Part shown: positions 40,179 through 51,043 of the stretch, piece by piece | Numbering within the stretch: the stretch's first letter is position 1 | Layout of the letters: each line of letters opens with the position of its first letter | Notes under the pieces: generated by a model | What the model was told of the DNA's origin: nothing | The model's input: the letters and a program-made list of their open reading frames with translations, nothing else | Database searches by the model: none | NCBI GenBank assembly: GCA_965246715.1 | Contig: CBDFFH010000041.1 | Coordinates: forward strand, 64,001-128,000 | From: Chamaesiphon sp. | GTDB taxonomy: Bacteria; Cyanobacteriota; Cyanobacteriia; Cyanobacteriales; Chamaesiphonaceae | Length of the DNA stretch: 64,000 nt | Direction: 5' to 3' | Translations under genes and position numbers: made by a program

Positions 40179-41993
40179 CTATGGCATCCGATCTTGGCGA
40201 TCTAGTTTTCGCATTTGGCGAAACCAGATTACAAATGTAATGAGATCTACAGCACCAACAATTGCTGCGGCGATCGCATACTGATTGACAAATAGCATCG
40301 TAGCAGACAATGTGAATGCTGCCACTAAGATTGCATAATTAGTGTTTTGTTGCATCGCCCCGAGTCGGCGCAAATAGCGATCGCTTTCACTCGATCGCAC
40401 GCGTACACGCAGATCGCCCCGCTCTAATTTATCGATCGTGTCTTCGATCCGCCGAGGCAGTCCCAGTGCAGAAGTGCCGACTTGAGCGGCTTGTCTGCCG
40501 ATTTCAGCCAAGAAAGTATTGGAATCGGGGTTGCTATTACCGTTACTATTCATAATTTGGAAAGCGAAGGGTTGGGCTGCGGTCATGAAGTTGAAATCGG
40601 GATCGAGTCCTTTGCCGACACCTTCGATCGTGGAAAATGCGCGCATCACAAAGGTAAACGTCGCCGGAAACCTAAACGGTTGCCCGTAAGCAATATCGTA
40701 GAGATCGTCGGTAATCTGCGCGATCGATTGACCTTCGATCGGTTGATCCAAGAAGTTATCTAAGAGGTACTGGATCGAGCGCCGAATCGGGTCGGTATCG
40801 GCATCGGCGGCAATCGCACCCAAACTGACTAAACCTTTGACGACCCGATCGGCATTGCGTCCGGCGATTGCCAGGAGCGTATCCATCAGTTTTTCTTTGG
40901 TACCAGGCGCAATTCGCCCCATCATCCCAAAATCATAGAAGATTAAGGCTCCAGTTTTTGGCTCGACAGCTACATTTCCGGGATGCGGATCGGCATGAAA
41001 AAAGCCATCGGTGAGCAGTTGTTGGAGATACGCCGTAGCACTCTGACGGGCGATCGCTTGCCGATCGAGTCCTGCAACTTCCAACTCTTGATAATCGCTG
41101 ATTTTAATCCCTGGCAGATATTCTAATGTTAACGTCCGAACTGAAGAATATCGCCAGTAGACGCGGGGCACTCGCACCCAATCTTGCGCTCGGAAGTTGC
41201 GGCGGAAGGTATCGGCATTTTGGCCTTCACTGATGTAGTCGGTTTCCTCCCACAGGATTTTACAACACTCGTCATAAATCCCCAGCCAATCGCGGCCACC
41301 ACCGCCCCATTTGGGATGATTCTGAAAGTATTTAGCAATTCCGCGCAGGATTTCGAGATCGATCGTAAATAACTTTTGCAGCCCCGGACGTTGAACTTTG
41401 ACAACAACTTCCTCGCCTGTATGCAATTTTGCCAGGTGTACCTGTCCCAGGCTCGCCGCAGCTAGCGGAATCGGCTCGAATCGATCGAATAACTCGGCAA
41501 TTGGCTTACCTAAATCCCGATCGATAATTTCTTCAACCCGAGTGTAACTAAAAGCGGGTACGCGATCTTGTAACTTTGAGAGTTCTTCCACATATTCCAC
41601 TGGGAATAAGTCGGCCCGGGTGGAAAATAGCTGCCCTAACTTGATAAAAGTGGGGCCTAATTCTAAAAATGTATCCCGAATCCAAATTGCTTGTCTGCGC
41701 CGCCTAGCTGCCTGTTTTGCCTCAGTGTAGCCACCAATATAACTCCACTTCTGACCGTCGATCCAAGAACCATTCAGGAAAGTCAGAAAAAACGACCAAA
41801 TATCGATCGTTCGCCGTCGCTTGGAGTAATTAGTTCGATTCCACCGATAGGTACGATTGTCACTACTAAACTGAGGATCTGTTGTAGTTTTGGACATGGA
41901 AATAACAGACGACTCTAGTACGGTAGTCTCGGGTGGTAATAACATTCGATCGCCTTGAATCGGCGGCACTCCAGCTTCGGAAATAGCAGTCAT
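40179..41993 (-). CDS. ABC1/AarF/UbiB family atypical kinase
   Basis: LGPTFIKLGQ, AAASLGQVH, VKVQRP, HADPHPGN, DFG. Confidence 0.93.
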   Translation of the reverse strand: MTAISEAGVPPIQGDRMLLPPETTVLESSVISMSKTTTDPQFSSDNRTYRWNRTNYSKRRRTIDIWSFFLTFLNGSWIDGQKWSYIGGYTEAKQAARRRRQAIWIRDTFLELGPTFIKLGQLFSTRADLFPVEYVEELSKLQDRVPAFSYTRVEEIIDRDLGKPIAELFDRFEPIPLAAASLGQVHLAKLHTGEEVVVKVQRPGLQKLFTIDLEILRGIAKYFQNHPKWGGGGRDWLGIYDECCKILWEETDYISEGQNADTFRRNFRAQDWVRVPRVYWRYSSVRTLTLEYLPGIKISDYQELEVAGLDRQAIARQSATAYLQQLLTDGFFHADPHPGNVAVEPKTGALIFYDFGMMGRIAPGTKEKLMDTLLAIAGRNADRVVKGLVSLGAIAADADTDPIRRSIQYLLDNFLDQPIEGQSIAQITDDLYDIAYGQPFRFPATFTFVMRAFSTIEGVGKGLDPDFNFMTAAQPFAFQIMNSNGNSNPDSNTFLAEIGRQAAQVGTSALGLPRRIEDTIDKLERGDLRVRVRSSESDRYLRRLGAMQQNTNYAILVAAFTLSATMLFVNQYAIAAAIVGAVDLITFVIWFRQMRKLDRQDRMP

Positions 41994-42259
41994 TCAATTT
42001 TGGATTTTGGATTTTACGGATGCGCGCTCGTCGTTATTGGAGGGAACCTCTAAGGGTTCCCCGATGTAGGTTTAGCGCACCAAGCAGGATTTTGGATTGT
42101 CTGTTCCGCGAACGGACGGCAGATCTAAAGAGGGAAAACTTTACATTGATTCCCTTTAAAGGGGATGACTGAAACCTGTTTTCTTCAGTTAATTCAAGCT
42201 TGTGAAGTCACTCGCCACGGTTCGCTATTCTCTATTTCCTATTCCCTATCCCCGATCCT

Positions 42260-42568
42260 TTACACTCGATACTTTTGAATCTCAGCTCTGAGTCTGGCAA
42301 TTTCTGCTCTAAGCTCATCGATCGTTTCTTGGATATCGATCGATTGCCCTTGAGCGTTAACTGTAGTAGTTTGCCCACTAGCGTTGTTGGTTTCTCGGGC
42401 GGCACGTTCTAGCACTTCTTGGGTAAACTGCCAGAGTTTTTCGCCCTGTTCGGCATCAAGCTTGCCGAGTTCGCTCAAGGTATATGTCAATGTCTCACCC
42501 AGCTTGTCATTGATAGATTGTGCTAAAGCACGACCGACAAAAAAACTATTCAGTACGGGGTTTGTCAT
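42260..42568 (-). CDS. Conserved cyanobacterial protein (DUF6825-like)
   Basis: FFVGRALA...LSELGK.DAEQ...IDELRAEIA. Confidence 0.75.
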   Translation of the reverse strand: MTNPVLNSFFVGRALAQSINDKLGETLTYTLSELGKLDAEQGEKLWQFTQEVLERAARETNNASGQTTTVNAQGQSIDIQETIDELRAEIARLRAEIQKYRV

Positions 42569-42691
42569 AACTGGCTGCAATTGATGAGGCTTCCGTAAAG
42601 AATTATAACGCGATGAGGGTTGCTGTTGGGGAATGAGTGTGGGAGCAAGGGGAGTAGAAATATTTATGATTTAGCTCTCGATCTTCCCCGA

Positions 42692-44632
42692 TTACCCTTT
42701 GGCTCCAAAAACTGGCGTTAGTGCATGTGGTACGACCACGTATTTACTTAGGGCTTGACGAGTAGCTGCGACACTACAAGCAAGGGCGATCCGTTCTTGT
42801 TGCAGAATGCCAACGACACAATGTTCCTTGAGCGAGGCACCCGAACAGGCAGCCGTATCGCATAAGCTTACGCCAATACCAGCGCGGCGTTCGAGTACGG
42901 GTAATTGATGCAAACCTCTGGCCGTCATCCGATCGAGTGCTTCGCTAATCGGCTCGTCACTCTCGGCATAAAACAGATATTTGGTACAGATACTACCGAC
43001 GCTACTAGCTAGCAATCGATCTGGTTCTGGGGAAGCTTCTGCTTGGGCGATCGCCCGGCTGAGATCGTGTAGCGTAACGATCCCCAATAACTCATCCCGA
43101 GTGTCGATGACTAGAGCGCTATGACAATTATTTTGGGTTAATTTCAATCCAGCCGCCAGAATATCTACATCCGATCCCAACTGGAGGTAGTTAGTATCCA
43201 TCGCATCCCGCACGCACAAATTTTGGAGGATCGCCCGATCTCGATCGGGTTGAACGCTCAGTGCTAATTTATCTAACTTATCTGGCGTTTTAGCTTTGGG
43301 ATTCATGCGTTCGATCGCCCAAATACTCAAACCCACACAGGCCATTACAGGCAGGACGATCCGATAGTCGCGGGTCAGCTCGAACATGAGTAAAATCGCC
43401 GTCAAGGGCGCTCTGGCACTACTGGCGAGTACCGCAGCCATTCCCACCATTGCATAGGCTGGCGGAGCCGCAATCTGGCTGCTAAGAGCCGGAAATAACA
43501 AGACTAGGGATTTGCCATAAATCGCCCCCATCGTCGCGCCCAGAAACATCGAAGGAGCAAATAAACCGCCGACTAAGCCACTGCCCAAACTTACTGATGT
43601 CATCAGCAGCTTAATCGCCAAAATCGAGGCTAGTAAAGGCAGCGAAAATTGGACATCCTGCAACATCGCCTCGATCGTCTCATAACCGATGCCTGTCACC
43701 TGTGGAAACTTCAATGCCACGAGACCGACGATCGCACCACCGACTACTGGAGTCAAGCAGCGGGGAATTTTGCCCAACCAGGATAAATAACTAACGCGAC
43801 CCTGAAAAGCTTCCCGTGCTACGTCGAGCGTTTGAGTATATGCATAAGACACTAGACTTGCCAACCCACCTAGCAAAAGATAGAGCGGTAGCTCGAATAA
43901 ACTACGCACCTCATAAACAGGTAGGGCGAAAGCTGGCTTTCCACCCAAGCCAATTTGAGCGACTAGGGAGGCAACTACCGCAGCCAGCACCACTACACTC
44001 ACGGCTGAAGTAGCAAAAGTCGTACCTAATACTAATTCCAACGCAAAAAATACGCCAGCGATCGGGGCATTAAATCCAGCCGCAATCCCCGCCGCTGCAC
44101 CCGCTCCAAGCAATAATCGCTGCCGTTCTTGCGAGGCATTTAACATCTGACCCAAAAACATCCCTAGATTCGCGCCGATTTCCACGCTCGGCCCCTCTGG
44201 CCCCAGCGATGCGCCCGTTCCCAGCGATACCGCTGCTGCGACCATTTTTACCAACCCCCGCCAGGGGGTGATTTTCTGACCTTCCTGAGTAGCCGCGATC
44301 ATCGAATTCATATTCGGGCCAAAATCCCGCCAATACCACCGCATGATCCCCACGACGATCCCACCGATCGGCGGTATCAATGCGTATAGCCAAGCTCCTT
44401 GGATGTGAAACAATGCCTTGACATCATCGACAATTAGTGCATGAGTCGAACTATGAAATAGGTCGATGAGGTAGTGAAATAAAATCACGCCTAACCCTGC
44501 CGCTCCACCAATGAGCACGGATAGTAGCATCACTACCAGCCCAGGTGAGGGATCGAGACGATTGAGCTTACTAGTCAGGCGCGAAATAATTGGTGTCATG
44601 GGGGACACTGCAGATGGCGGAATTGCGGTCAT
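42692..44632 (-). CDS. CLC chloride channel/antiporter with CBS domains
   Basis: GASLGPEGP, FNAPIAG, GGLFAP, CBS pair. Confidence 0.93.
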   Translation of the reverse strand: MTAIPPSAVSPMTPIISRLTSKLNRLDPSPGLVVMLLSVLIGGAAGLGVILFHYLIDLFHSSTHALIVDDVKALFHIQGAWLYALIPPIGGIVVGIMRWYWRDFGPNMNSMIAATQEGQKITPWRGLVKMVAAAVSLGTGASLGPEGPSVEIGANLGMFLGQMLNASQERQRLLLGAGAAAGIAAGFNAPIAGVFFALELVLGTTFATSAVSVVVLAAVVASLVAQIGLGGKPAFALPVYEVRSLFELPLYLLLGGLASLVSYAYTQTLDVAREAFQGRVSYLSWLGKIPRCLTPVVGGAIVGLVALKFPQVTGIGYETIEAMLQDVQFSLPLLASILAIKLLMTSVSLGSGLVGGLFAPSMFLGATMGAIYGKSLVLLFPALSSQIAAPPAYAMVGMAAVLASSARAPLTAILLMFELTRDYRIVLPVMACVGLSIWAIERMNPKAKTPDKLDKLALSVQPDRDRAILQNLCVRDAMDTNYLQLGSDVDILAAGLKLTQNNCHSALVIDTRDELLGIVTLHDLSRAIAQAEASPEPDRLLASSVGSICTKYLFYAESDEPISEALDRMTARGLHQLPVLERRAGIGVSLCDTAACSGASLKEHCVVGILQQERIALACSVAATRQALSKYVVVPHALTPVFGAKG

Positions 44633-44734
44633 GGATAACGCCAGAACTATGAGAAGGTGATTAAATTTTGTTAATTTAATTGTAATATCTATTTGGCTAG
44701 ATTGGGGATCGGAATAATGGCTAGTGGCTAGCTA

Positions 44735-46153
44735 CTAACCTCTTCCCCGATCGATCGTCCCTTCCATCGCTGTTTGTAACTCTTGCGTGAGATCGATGAC
44801 GGCTTGCTTGGCTTGTTGGCGACCGCTGATATAACGATCCCAATAATCAGAAATCGGAATGGGATTGCAAATCGTAATTTGAACGCGACGTTTGCCGAGG
44901 ATCGGATGTTGGGCGGGATTTTCGCCTTTAATTTGAGCGACGAGATCCCATAGTAATAACGTAATTTCGGCAAACCGATCGATCGATGGTTTGTCTTTGA
45001 CGTAGGAACCCGTTACTGCGACAAAGCTTTCGACGATCCGCATGTGCCACATCCGCAGATCGGCTTCTGTCGCAATCCGATCGGCTAATTTATGACTGAC
45101 TGTAGATAAACTCTGCGGGGGTTTGAGTTCTTCCCGATAGATCCAGTCCCAACCCGCTTGTTCGATCCGCCGACAACGATCGGTCTTTGAGCCTTTGGCG
45201 GTGACGTTGAAATAACTTTCCGATACTTGGAGCGCAAAATCTAAAATATGTTGCAATCTTTGAGAAATTTCCGTCCGTGAAATCGCTCTTTCTAACAGTG
45301 GACGTTCGGGAATTTGATAGTGGTAAAACTGAGCGTAAAAATTCTCCATTTGATAGAGGAGATTTTGACTGAGCTTATAAAACCTGTCGTAGAGCATTTT
45401 CCGCATCGGTCGCCCATCTTTTTGCTGGATCGCTACGAGCGAATCGTGTCGATCTATTACCATGCCACATTCGAGTTCCAATTGATGGATCAGTCGTTCC
45501 AGATTAGCCCATGGTTCGTCGACATAATAATACTGGATGCCGATCGAGACAATAAACACATCCTCTTTTCTACCCGCCTTGACTAAATCCTCCATCGCCC
45601 AAAAGCAGAGCTGAGCCGCACCGGATTCCAGTGGGCTGACAAGTTCGCTATGTCCGTTAGTCGCGCCTTCAGGTGCCAATGCCAGCGGCATCAGACCATT
45701 AACCAGTAAGTCTCTTGCTGTCTTCAAGCCCAACCTGTCGGCACGACCGCGATGAATGGGGATGCCACCCAATCTCGGCAACAACCAACCGACAAATTCC
45801 CCCGCCCACAGCGGAATCCCGCGATCGTAGAGGAAGTGGGCAAATACAGGCGAGCTAAGCTGAATCCGATGCTTCCGCGCCGCCGCAGGCAAAATTTTGG
45901 TTAATAAGTATCCCAGGCAAAATGGGTCGAGGCTACTGGGATGACGAAAAGCCAATACCAGCCGTAGCTTGCCCATCTGAGACTGCTTATACATTTCCAC
46001 CAATCGATCGATATCGACAGCATCGATCCGACTGATTTGCAGTTTGTGTTTCAACCAATAAGGGAGTACCCAAGTTAATAGTCTCAGTACCCAAACATTA
46101 AATTTAGGTGGTAAAAAGGCTAATGGTGCTCTAGCTTTGGTAATTTGGGACAT
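44735..46153 (-). CDS. PlsC-like acyltransferase
   Basis: HPSSLD, APEGATNG. Confidence 0.8.
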   Translation of the reverse strand: MSQITKARAPLAFLPPKFNVWVLRLLTWVLPYWLKHKLQISRIDAVDIDRLVEMYKQSQMGKLRLVLAFRHPSSLDPFCLGYLLTKILPAAARKHRIQLSSPVFAHFLYDRGIPLWAGEFVGWLLPRLGGIPIHRGRADRLGLKTARDLLVNGLMPLALAPEGATNGHSELVSPLESGAAQLCFWAMEDLVKAGRKEDVFIVSIGIQYYYVDEPWANLERLIHQLELECGMVIDRHDSLVAIQQKDGRPMRKMLYDRFYKLSQNLLYQMENFYAQFYHYQIPERPLLERAISRTEISQRLQHILDFALQVSESYFNVTAKGSKTDRCRRIEQAGWDWIYREELKPPQSLSTVSHKLADRIATEADLRMWHMRIVESFVAVTGSYVKDKPSIDRFAEITLLLWDLVAQIKGENPAQHPILGKRRVQITICNPIPISDYWDRYISGRQQAKQAVIDLTQELQTAMEGTIDRGRG

Positions 46154-46279
46154 TGTAAAAATACGCTCCAACCACGTAGAGCCTATCCTAAATAGGAAAA
46201 TTAGTCACCGTGTAAATGACTGATTTCTCTGGAGAAGGTGGGGACTGGTGGGAAGACAGGAAAAATATCTAACTCTTCC

Positions 46280-47434
46280 TTACCTCTCCCGTAGCGGAAT
46301 CACCTTCGCCACCGTAGACTCACGAGCGACGCGGATCGACAGTGCTGATAGGATCAGTGAAGCCACGATCGAACTCCCCCCATAACTGAACATCGGCAAT
46401 GGTAACCCCGTAGTCGGCAGCGTTCCGGAAGCAACACCGATGTTAAACAGCGACTGCAGGACGATAAAAGTTGTCGAACCGAGTGCCACCAAGCGATGTA
46501 CCGGATGATTGCTCCGTAAAGCAATCAGCAAGCCTAATGTGGCATAGCTCATCACCATCAGCAACAGCAAAATTCCACCTACTAGCCCAAATTCTTCCGC
46601 AAATACCGAGAAAATAAAATCCGTATCCTGAATTGGTAAATAGTCCAATTTCTGCTGCGATAAGCCAAACCCTTTGCCTAATAAACCGCCAGAACCGATC
46701 GCGATCGAACTTTGAACCAGTTGAAAGCCATCGCCGCGCGGATTTGCCCAAGGATTGAGGAACGAGAGCATTCGCGCCATCTGATAAGGATTGATAATCA
46801 TGCTCGCCCATGCCACCAACACCCCACCAATTGCCGTTCCAGCTAGATATCGTAGTGGTAATCCCGCACCAAAAGCGATCGACCACAACCCGATCGCGCA
46901 CAATGATGTGGTACTGAGATTGGGTTGTTTCAAAATAGCCAACAACACGAGGACGAATACACCCAGCCAGGTTACTTTTACCTTGACAGGATATTTGTCC
47001 CAACGTCCAAAAATTTTTGCACCTTGCAATACTAGAAAGGGCTTAATTAGCTCCGATGGCTGCAATTGAATCGGCCCGAGGGCAATCCAGCGCGTCGCCC
47101 CCATTGTATTTTTTCCAATACCAGTAAAGACAGTTAGTAGTAGTAATATTAAGATTCCCAATAATAGCCAAGAAGCTGCTTTGAGTGGCTTCTGGAGTGG
47201 CAGATGAACGATAATATTAAAGATGACTAAACTAACAGAAATCGCCATGAGTTGGCGTAAAAAATAGTATAAGCCATCATTCTTTTCCACTTCGCCATGA
47301 TAATAAGAAGCAGAAAATAGCACGAATAGCCCGATCGCTAACCAGAGGAAAGTCAACCATCGCATCAATCGGGCTGTTAACGACCAATCTTTGACAGTAG
47401 GATCGAAAAATGGGATTAAAAGGCGAATGTTCAC
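46280..47434 (-). CDS. ftsW: FtsW/RodA family cell division protein
   Basis: GATRW, QPSE, QS.IAIGSGG, TDFIFS, TGLPLP..SYGGSS. Confidence 0.9.
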   Translation of the reverse strand: MNIRLLIPFFDPTVKDWSLTARLMRWLTFLWLAIGLFVLFSASYYHGEVEKNDGLYYFLRQLMAISVSLVIFNIIVHLPLQKPLKAASWLLLGILILLLLTVFTGIGKNTMGATRWIALGPIQLQPSELIKPFLVLQGAKIFGRWDKYPVKVKVTWLGVFVLVLLAILKQPNLSTTSLCAIGLWSIAFGAGLPLRYLAGTAIGGVLVAWASMIINPYQMARMLSFLNPWANPRGDGFQLVQSSIAIGSGGLLGKGFGLSQQKLDYLPIQDTDFIFSVFAEEFGLVGGILLLLMVMSYATLGLLIALRSNHPVHRLVALGSTTFIVLQSLFNIGVASGTLPTTGLPLPMFSYGGSSIVASLILSALSIRVARESTVAKVIPLRER

Positions 47435-47598
47435 GATAGGGAATGGGGATTAGTGACTAATGAATATCGATCGACTGTTGGTACCAAAAAACTTATGCCC
47501 GTTCGCTCCAACCTCTGACTGTTATATCGCTTTTAAATTCCCCTCCAAAGAGGGGTGCTCGGAGGGCGGGGTGGGTTCCAGATTCGATCGAGTAGTTG

Positions 47599-48495
47599 CT
47601 ATCCTTTCCGCTTTAACATCTCCCACGCTAATTTTGCCGCACCAGCGATCCCTGCTTGATTACCTAGTTCTGCGGCGATGATTTTAAAATCCGGACGGGA
47701 GACCGCCATCACTCGACTGGCGATCTCTCGCTCGGCTGCAGGCAGAAAATATTTGGCACTGGCACTAATTCCGCCGCCGATAATCGCGACTTCCGGTGTC
47801 AGGATATACATGATACTCGTCAACCCGATGCCTAAGTTACGACCGTAACTTTCCCAAAATCTTAGCGCATCAGGGTCGCCTGTTGCGGCTAATTCTCCGA
47901 GCGTGTGCGGTTCTTTGCCAGCGATCCGGCGAATTGCTTGGCCAGAGAGAAACTGTTCGAGCGAGCCACGATTGCCACTGTTGCAGGGATGGCCATCGGC
48001 AGCTAACACGATCAAGCCTAGCTCCCCCGCACTTCCTGCATGTCCAGTAAATAACTCTCCATTCAGAAAGACCGCACCCCCAACCCCCGTACCCAACGTT
48101 AATAAGACAAAATCCTGGTAATGTCGCCCTGCACCCAACCACCGTTCGCCCAATCCCGCGCAATTGCCATCATTTCCCACGATCGTGGGGATGCCAGTCC
48201 GCGATTGCAGCAGGGTAGCCACCGGGATATCGATCCACCCCTCTAAATTAATGGCAATTTTCGCCACCCGTCCCCCGACATCGGCTGGCCCAGGTGTACC
48301 CACCCCAATCGCCGCAATCTCAGCGCGTTCTGGCGCTAATTTCTCGATCGCATACACGATCGTATCGATGACCGCCTCGGGATGTGCTGGTTGTGGGGTG
48401 GGAACACTCAGCGACTGGGTGCAAGTCCCATCTGGCGTAAACCGACCCAATTTTATCGCCGTACCACCCAGATCGATCCCGATTACTTCTGTCAT
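47599..48495 (-). CDS. ROK family sugar kinase
   Basis: GIDLGGT, NDGN, LGTGVGG, GELG, CNSGNRGSLE. Confidence 0.92.
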   Translation of the reverse strand: MTEVIGIDLGGTAIKLGRFTPDGTCTQSLSVPTPQPAHPEAVIDTIVYAIEKLAPERAEIAAIGVGTPGPADVGGRVAKIAINLEGWIDIPVATLLQSRTGIPTIVGNDGNCAGLGERWLGAGRHYQDFVLLTLGTGVGGAVFLNGELFTGHAGSAGELGLIVLAADGHPCNSGNRGSLEQFLSGQAIRRIAGKEPHTLGELAATGDPDALRFWESYGRNLGIGLTSIMYILTPEVAIIGGGISASAKYFLPAAEREIASRVMAVSRPDFKIIAAELGNQAGIAGAAKLAWEMLKRKG

Positions 48496-48551
48496 GTCTA
48501 ACTTATTCTGAGATGTTGCAAAAATCCTACCGACTCTATCCCCTATTCCCG

Positions 48552-49457
48552 TTATCGTTGTCGATCGCGCGGATTGATTAACTCACTCATCCCTTCGCCC
48601 AATAGCGACAACCCTGTAACCATCAACGTCAACGCCAAGCCAGGAAACAAAGTCGTCCACCAAATCCCGGTCGAAAGTGCAGGTAAAGCTTGTTTGAGAT
48701 CGTGCCCCCATTCCGCCACCTCATCCGGTAAACCCAAACCGAGAAAACCCAAACCACCCAAAACTAAAATCGCATCGGCTGCATTGAGTGTAAAGAGTAC
48801 GGGTACGCTTTGCACCACATTTGCAAACAGATATTTTCTCAACACATGAGCAGTCGATGCACCTAGAGCCTGTGCCGCTTCGACAAACATTTGGGTCTTG
48901 AGACTCGCAGTTTGATTGCGGACCACTCGAAAATACTGCGGAATATAGGAAATACTCAACGCGATCGCGGCATTAAACACCCCCTTACCAACGATAAACG
49001 CCAACGTCACCGATAATAATAATCCCGGCAAGGTGTAAATCGTATCCATTAAGAATAATAAAACCCGATCGAGATTGCCACCCAAATAGCCGCTCACCAT
49101 CCCTAACGGCACCCCAATCAGCAAACTCATCAAAGTTGCCAAAATTACCACTTGAAGCGCCGCCTGGGTACCAAATAGCGTCCGCGCAAACACATCATAT
49201 CCCTCCCGACTGGTGCCAAACCAATGCTGCAACGAGGGTGCCTGATTGATTGGATTGTATGGCGGTGTCGCGCTACCCAATAAGTCTTGTGGATCTTGGA
49301 GTAAACCAATCGCTTGTAATAGCGGTGCAAATAGTGCGATCGCGACAAAACTAGCCGTAATTATTATGCCCAATACTAATAGTTGGGTAGAGAGCAGCTT
49401 ACGGCGCTCGTGTAGCAGTAGCTTGACCGATCCGAAGGAAATTTTGCTCGCAGCCAT
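48552..49457 (-). CDS. Peptide/nickel ABC transporter permease (DppC-like)
   Basis: HWFGT..GYDVF, FVEAAQALGAS, LGFLGLG, EWG. Confidence 0.9.
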   Translation of the reverse strand: MAASKISFGSVKLLLHERRKLLSTQLLVLGIIITASFVAIALFAPLLQAIGLLQDPQDLLGSATPPYNPINQAPSLQHWFGTSREGYDVFARTLFGTQAALQVVILATLMSLLIGVPLGMVSGYLGGNLDRVLLFLMDTIYTLPGLLLSVTLAFIVGKGVFNAAIALSISYIPQYFRVVRNQTASLKTQMFVEAAQALGASTAHVLRKYLFANVVQSVPVLFTLNAADAILVLGGLGFLGLGLPDEVAEWGHDLKQALPALSTGIWWTTLFPGLALTLMVTGLSLLGEGMSELINPRDRQR

Positions 49458-49519
49458 AGAAAAGTTTGCAACGATCGACAAATAGTTCGCTTAGTATAAG
49501 TCGATCTGTCATCCAAATT

Positions 49520-49732
49520 TCATGTCAGCAATTTAATTTCTCGCTCGACTTCGCTCAGTTGCCGATCGATCTCGCCCAACTGTGCTTCGAGGTTCGTGCG
49601 ATCGGCACCACTCAAGGTACAGTCAAATTGTCGGGTGGTGGCTTGGTATAAGTCAGTGAGATTGTTGCGGTGAGTTTGCAAGCTGTCGAGTTGCAGCTCT
49701 CTATCCGATCGATTGAGATGTAAATTACTCAT
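49520..49732 (-). CDS. Small helical-hairpin protein
   Basis: 70-aa ORF directly after the DUF4870-like gene; heptad pattern. Confidence 0.6.
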   Translation of the reverse strand: MSNLHLNRSDRELQLDSLQTHRNNLTDLYQATTRQFDCTLSGADRTNLEAQLGEIDRQLSEVEREIKLLT

Positions 49733-49741
49733 TACTTGAAT

Positions 49742-50263
49742 TTAGCTAAAAAAGCGAATGATAAACGGATAATGAAACAACTTACCCTTCACCGCCTGAA
49801 TACTTGCAGCGATCGCATTCGTTAATACTAATAAAGTTATAACTATGTGGACAAAAATTCCAAACATTGTAACTAATCCAAGCAATGCCTCTAGATTGGT
49901 TCGCAAAACATCGCCATAAGTACAGTTAACATAAATGATGCTGTCGAGTACAACCAAGTACAAGGTAACTGACAAAAGACAGTTCACAACCTCTCTGCCA
50001 GATTCTTCGATAAATGGGTGACGACGGCGATTTTGCCTCCAGATTGTTACCGCTAAAATAATCGATAAAAGGCAACCTAATACTGGCGAAAAAAACAGGA
50101 AGCCGAAAAATATATTTAAATTCTGCTCGACCTTAGCAGATTGTGGGAGTATTTTAGGGAATATGGCTAGGATTCCAATTATTAGCGGTTCCCCACTTAA
50201 AATTGCCAGATGGCACCACATCGCACAGTAGCAAATTTTTCGATCGAGAGGTGAATTACTCAT
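49742..50263 (-). CDS. DUF4870-like membrane protein
   Basis: CHL...HPFI.ESGREVVN...YPFIIRF. Confidence 0.75.
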   Translation of the reverse strand: MSNSPLDRKICYCAMWCHLAILSGEPLIIGILAIFPKILPQSAKVEQNLNIFFGFLFFSPVLGCLLSIILAVTIWRQNRRRHPFIEESGREVVNCLLSVTLYLVVLDSIIYVNCTYGDVLRTNLEALLGLVTMFGIFVHIVITLLVLTNAIAASIQAVKGKLFHYPFIIRFFS

Positions 50264-51043
50264 TGAGTGACTTTATCTGAGCAAACTAACAGTGATGTCT
50301 GGATATCGATGCATGATTCTGGTGGAAGTTTGTCTAATAGCTTCATTTGCTTTACCCAAAGTCAATAATCGGTCGGCTCGTAGCCGATCGCGCGCCACTG
50401 AGTAGTTGATAAAAATCGATCGGTCTAACAGGAACACTACCTCACAAAGTTGCGTCGGATGACATAGAGCAAGGATGACTTAAAGATTTAACCCCGACAA
50501 TCCCCCCAATCGACCCACCCGCCATCATGACACACTGGCGAGATAGCTACACTGCTGCGGCAAAACCTGTAGAGTGCCAACTGTCAAACTACAAAGTAGG
50601 CAATCCGATCGCAAATGGGCATAGGTACAGTCGCAAATTACCGAACTTTAGATAAACAGCAAATTCCATAAATCGGTTATTTAAAATACAAATTATAAAT
50701 CATTTAAGCGCGATCTGATTTCGGTCGTGCCTGCTCTGGTGTCTACATAAAAATGAAATGAGTAGCAGCTAATTTTCGAGCTATTTAGTAAGATTTTTGG
50801 ATATTTTTAGACGATCGAGCGATACTCATTCACACTCATCATCTATGGCTCCGTAGGCGAAGCAACCCTCTTGAAATCTTCGATCGTTACTTTAGTCACG
50901 GTTGAATGAAAATTAAATCGTGACCTTAGCAGGAAGCTTATCTTAAATAACAATCATAGAATAGATAAATATCGATCGCGCAGCAATTTTTTTAGAGTTG
51001 GGTCGTCGAATATTTACTAGACTCATCAGAGCCGAATTCAGAT

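Noticed and set aside
50264..50700. Possible decayed gene on the minus strand
   Set aside because: Multiple stops and no recognisable homology.
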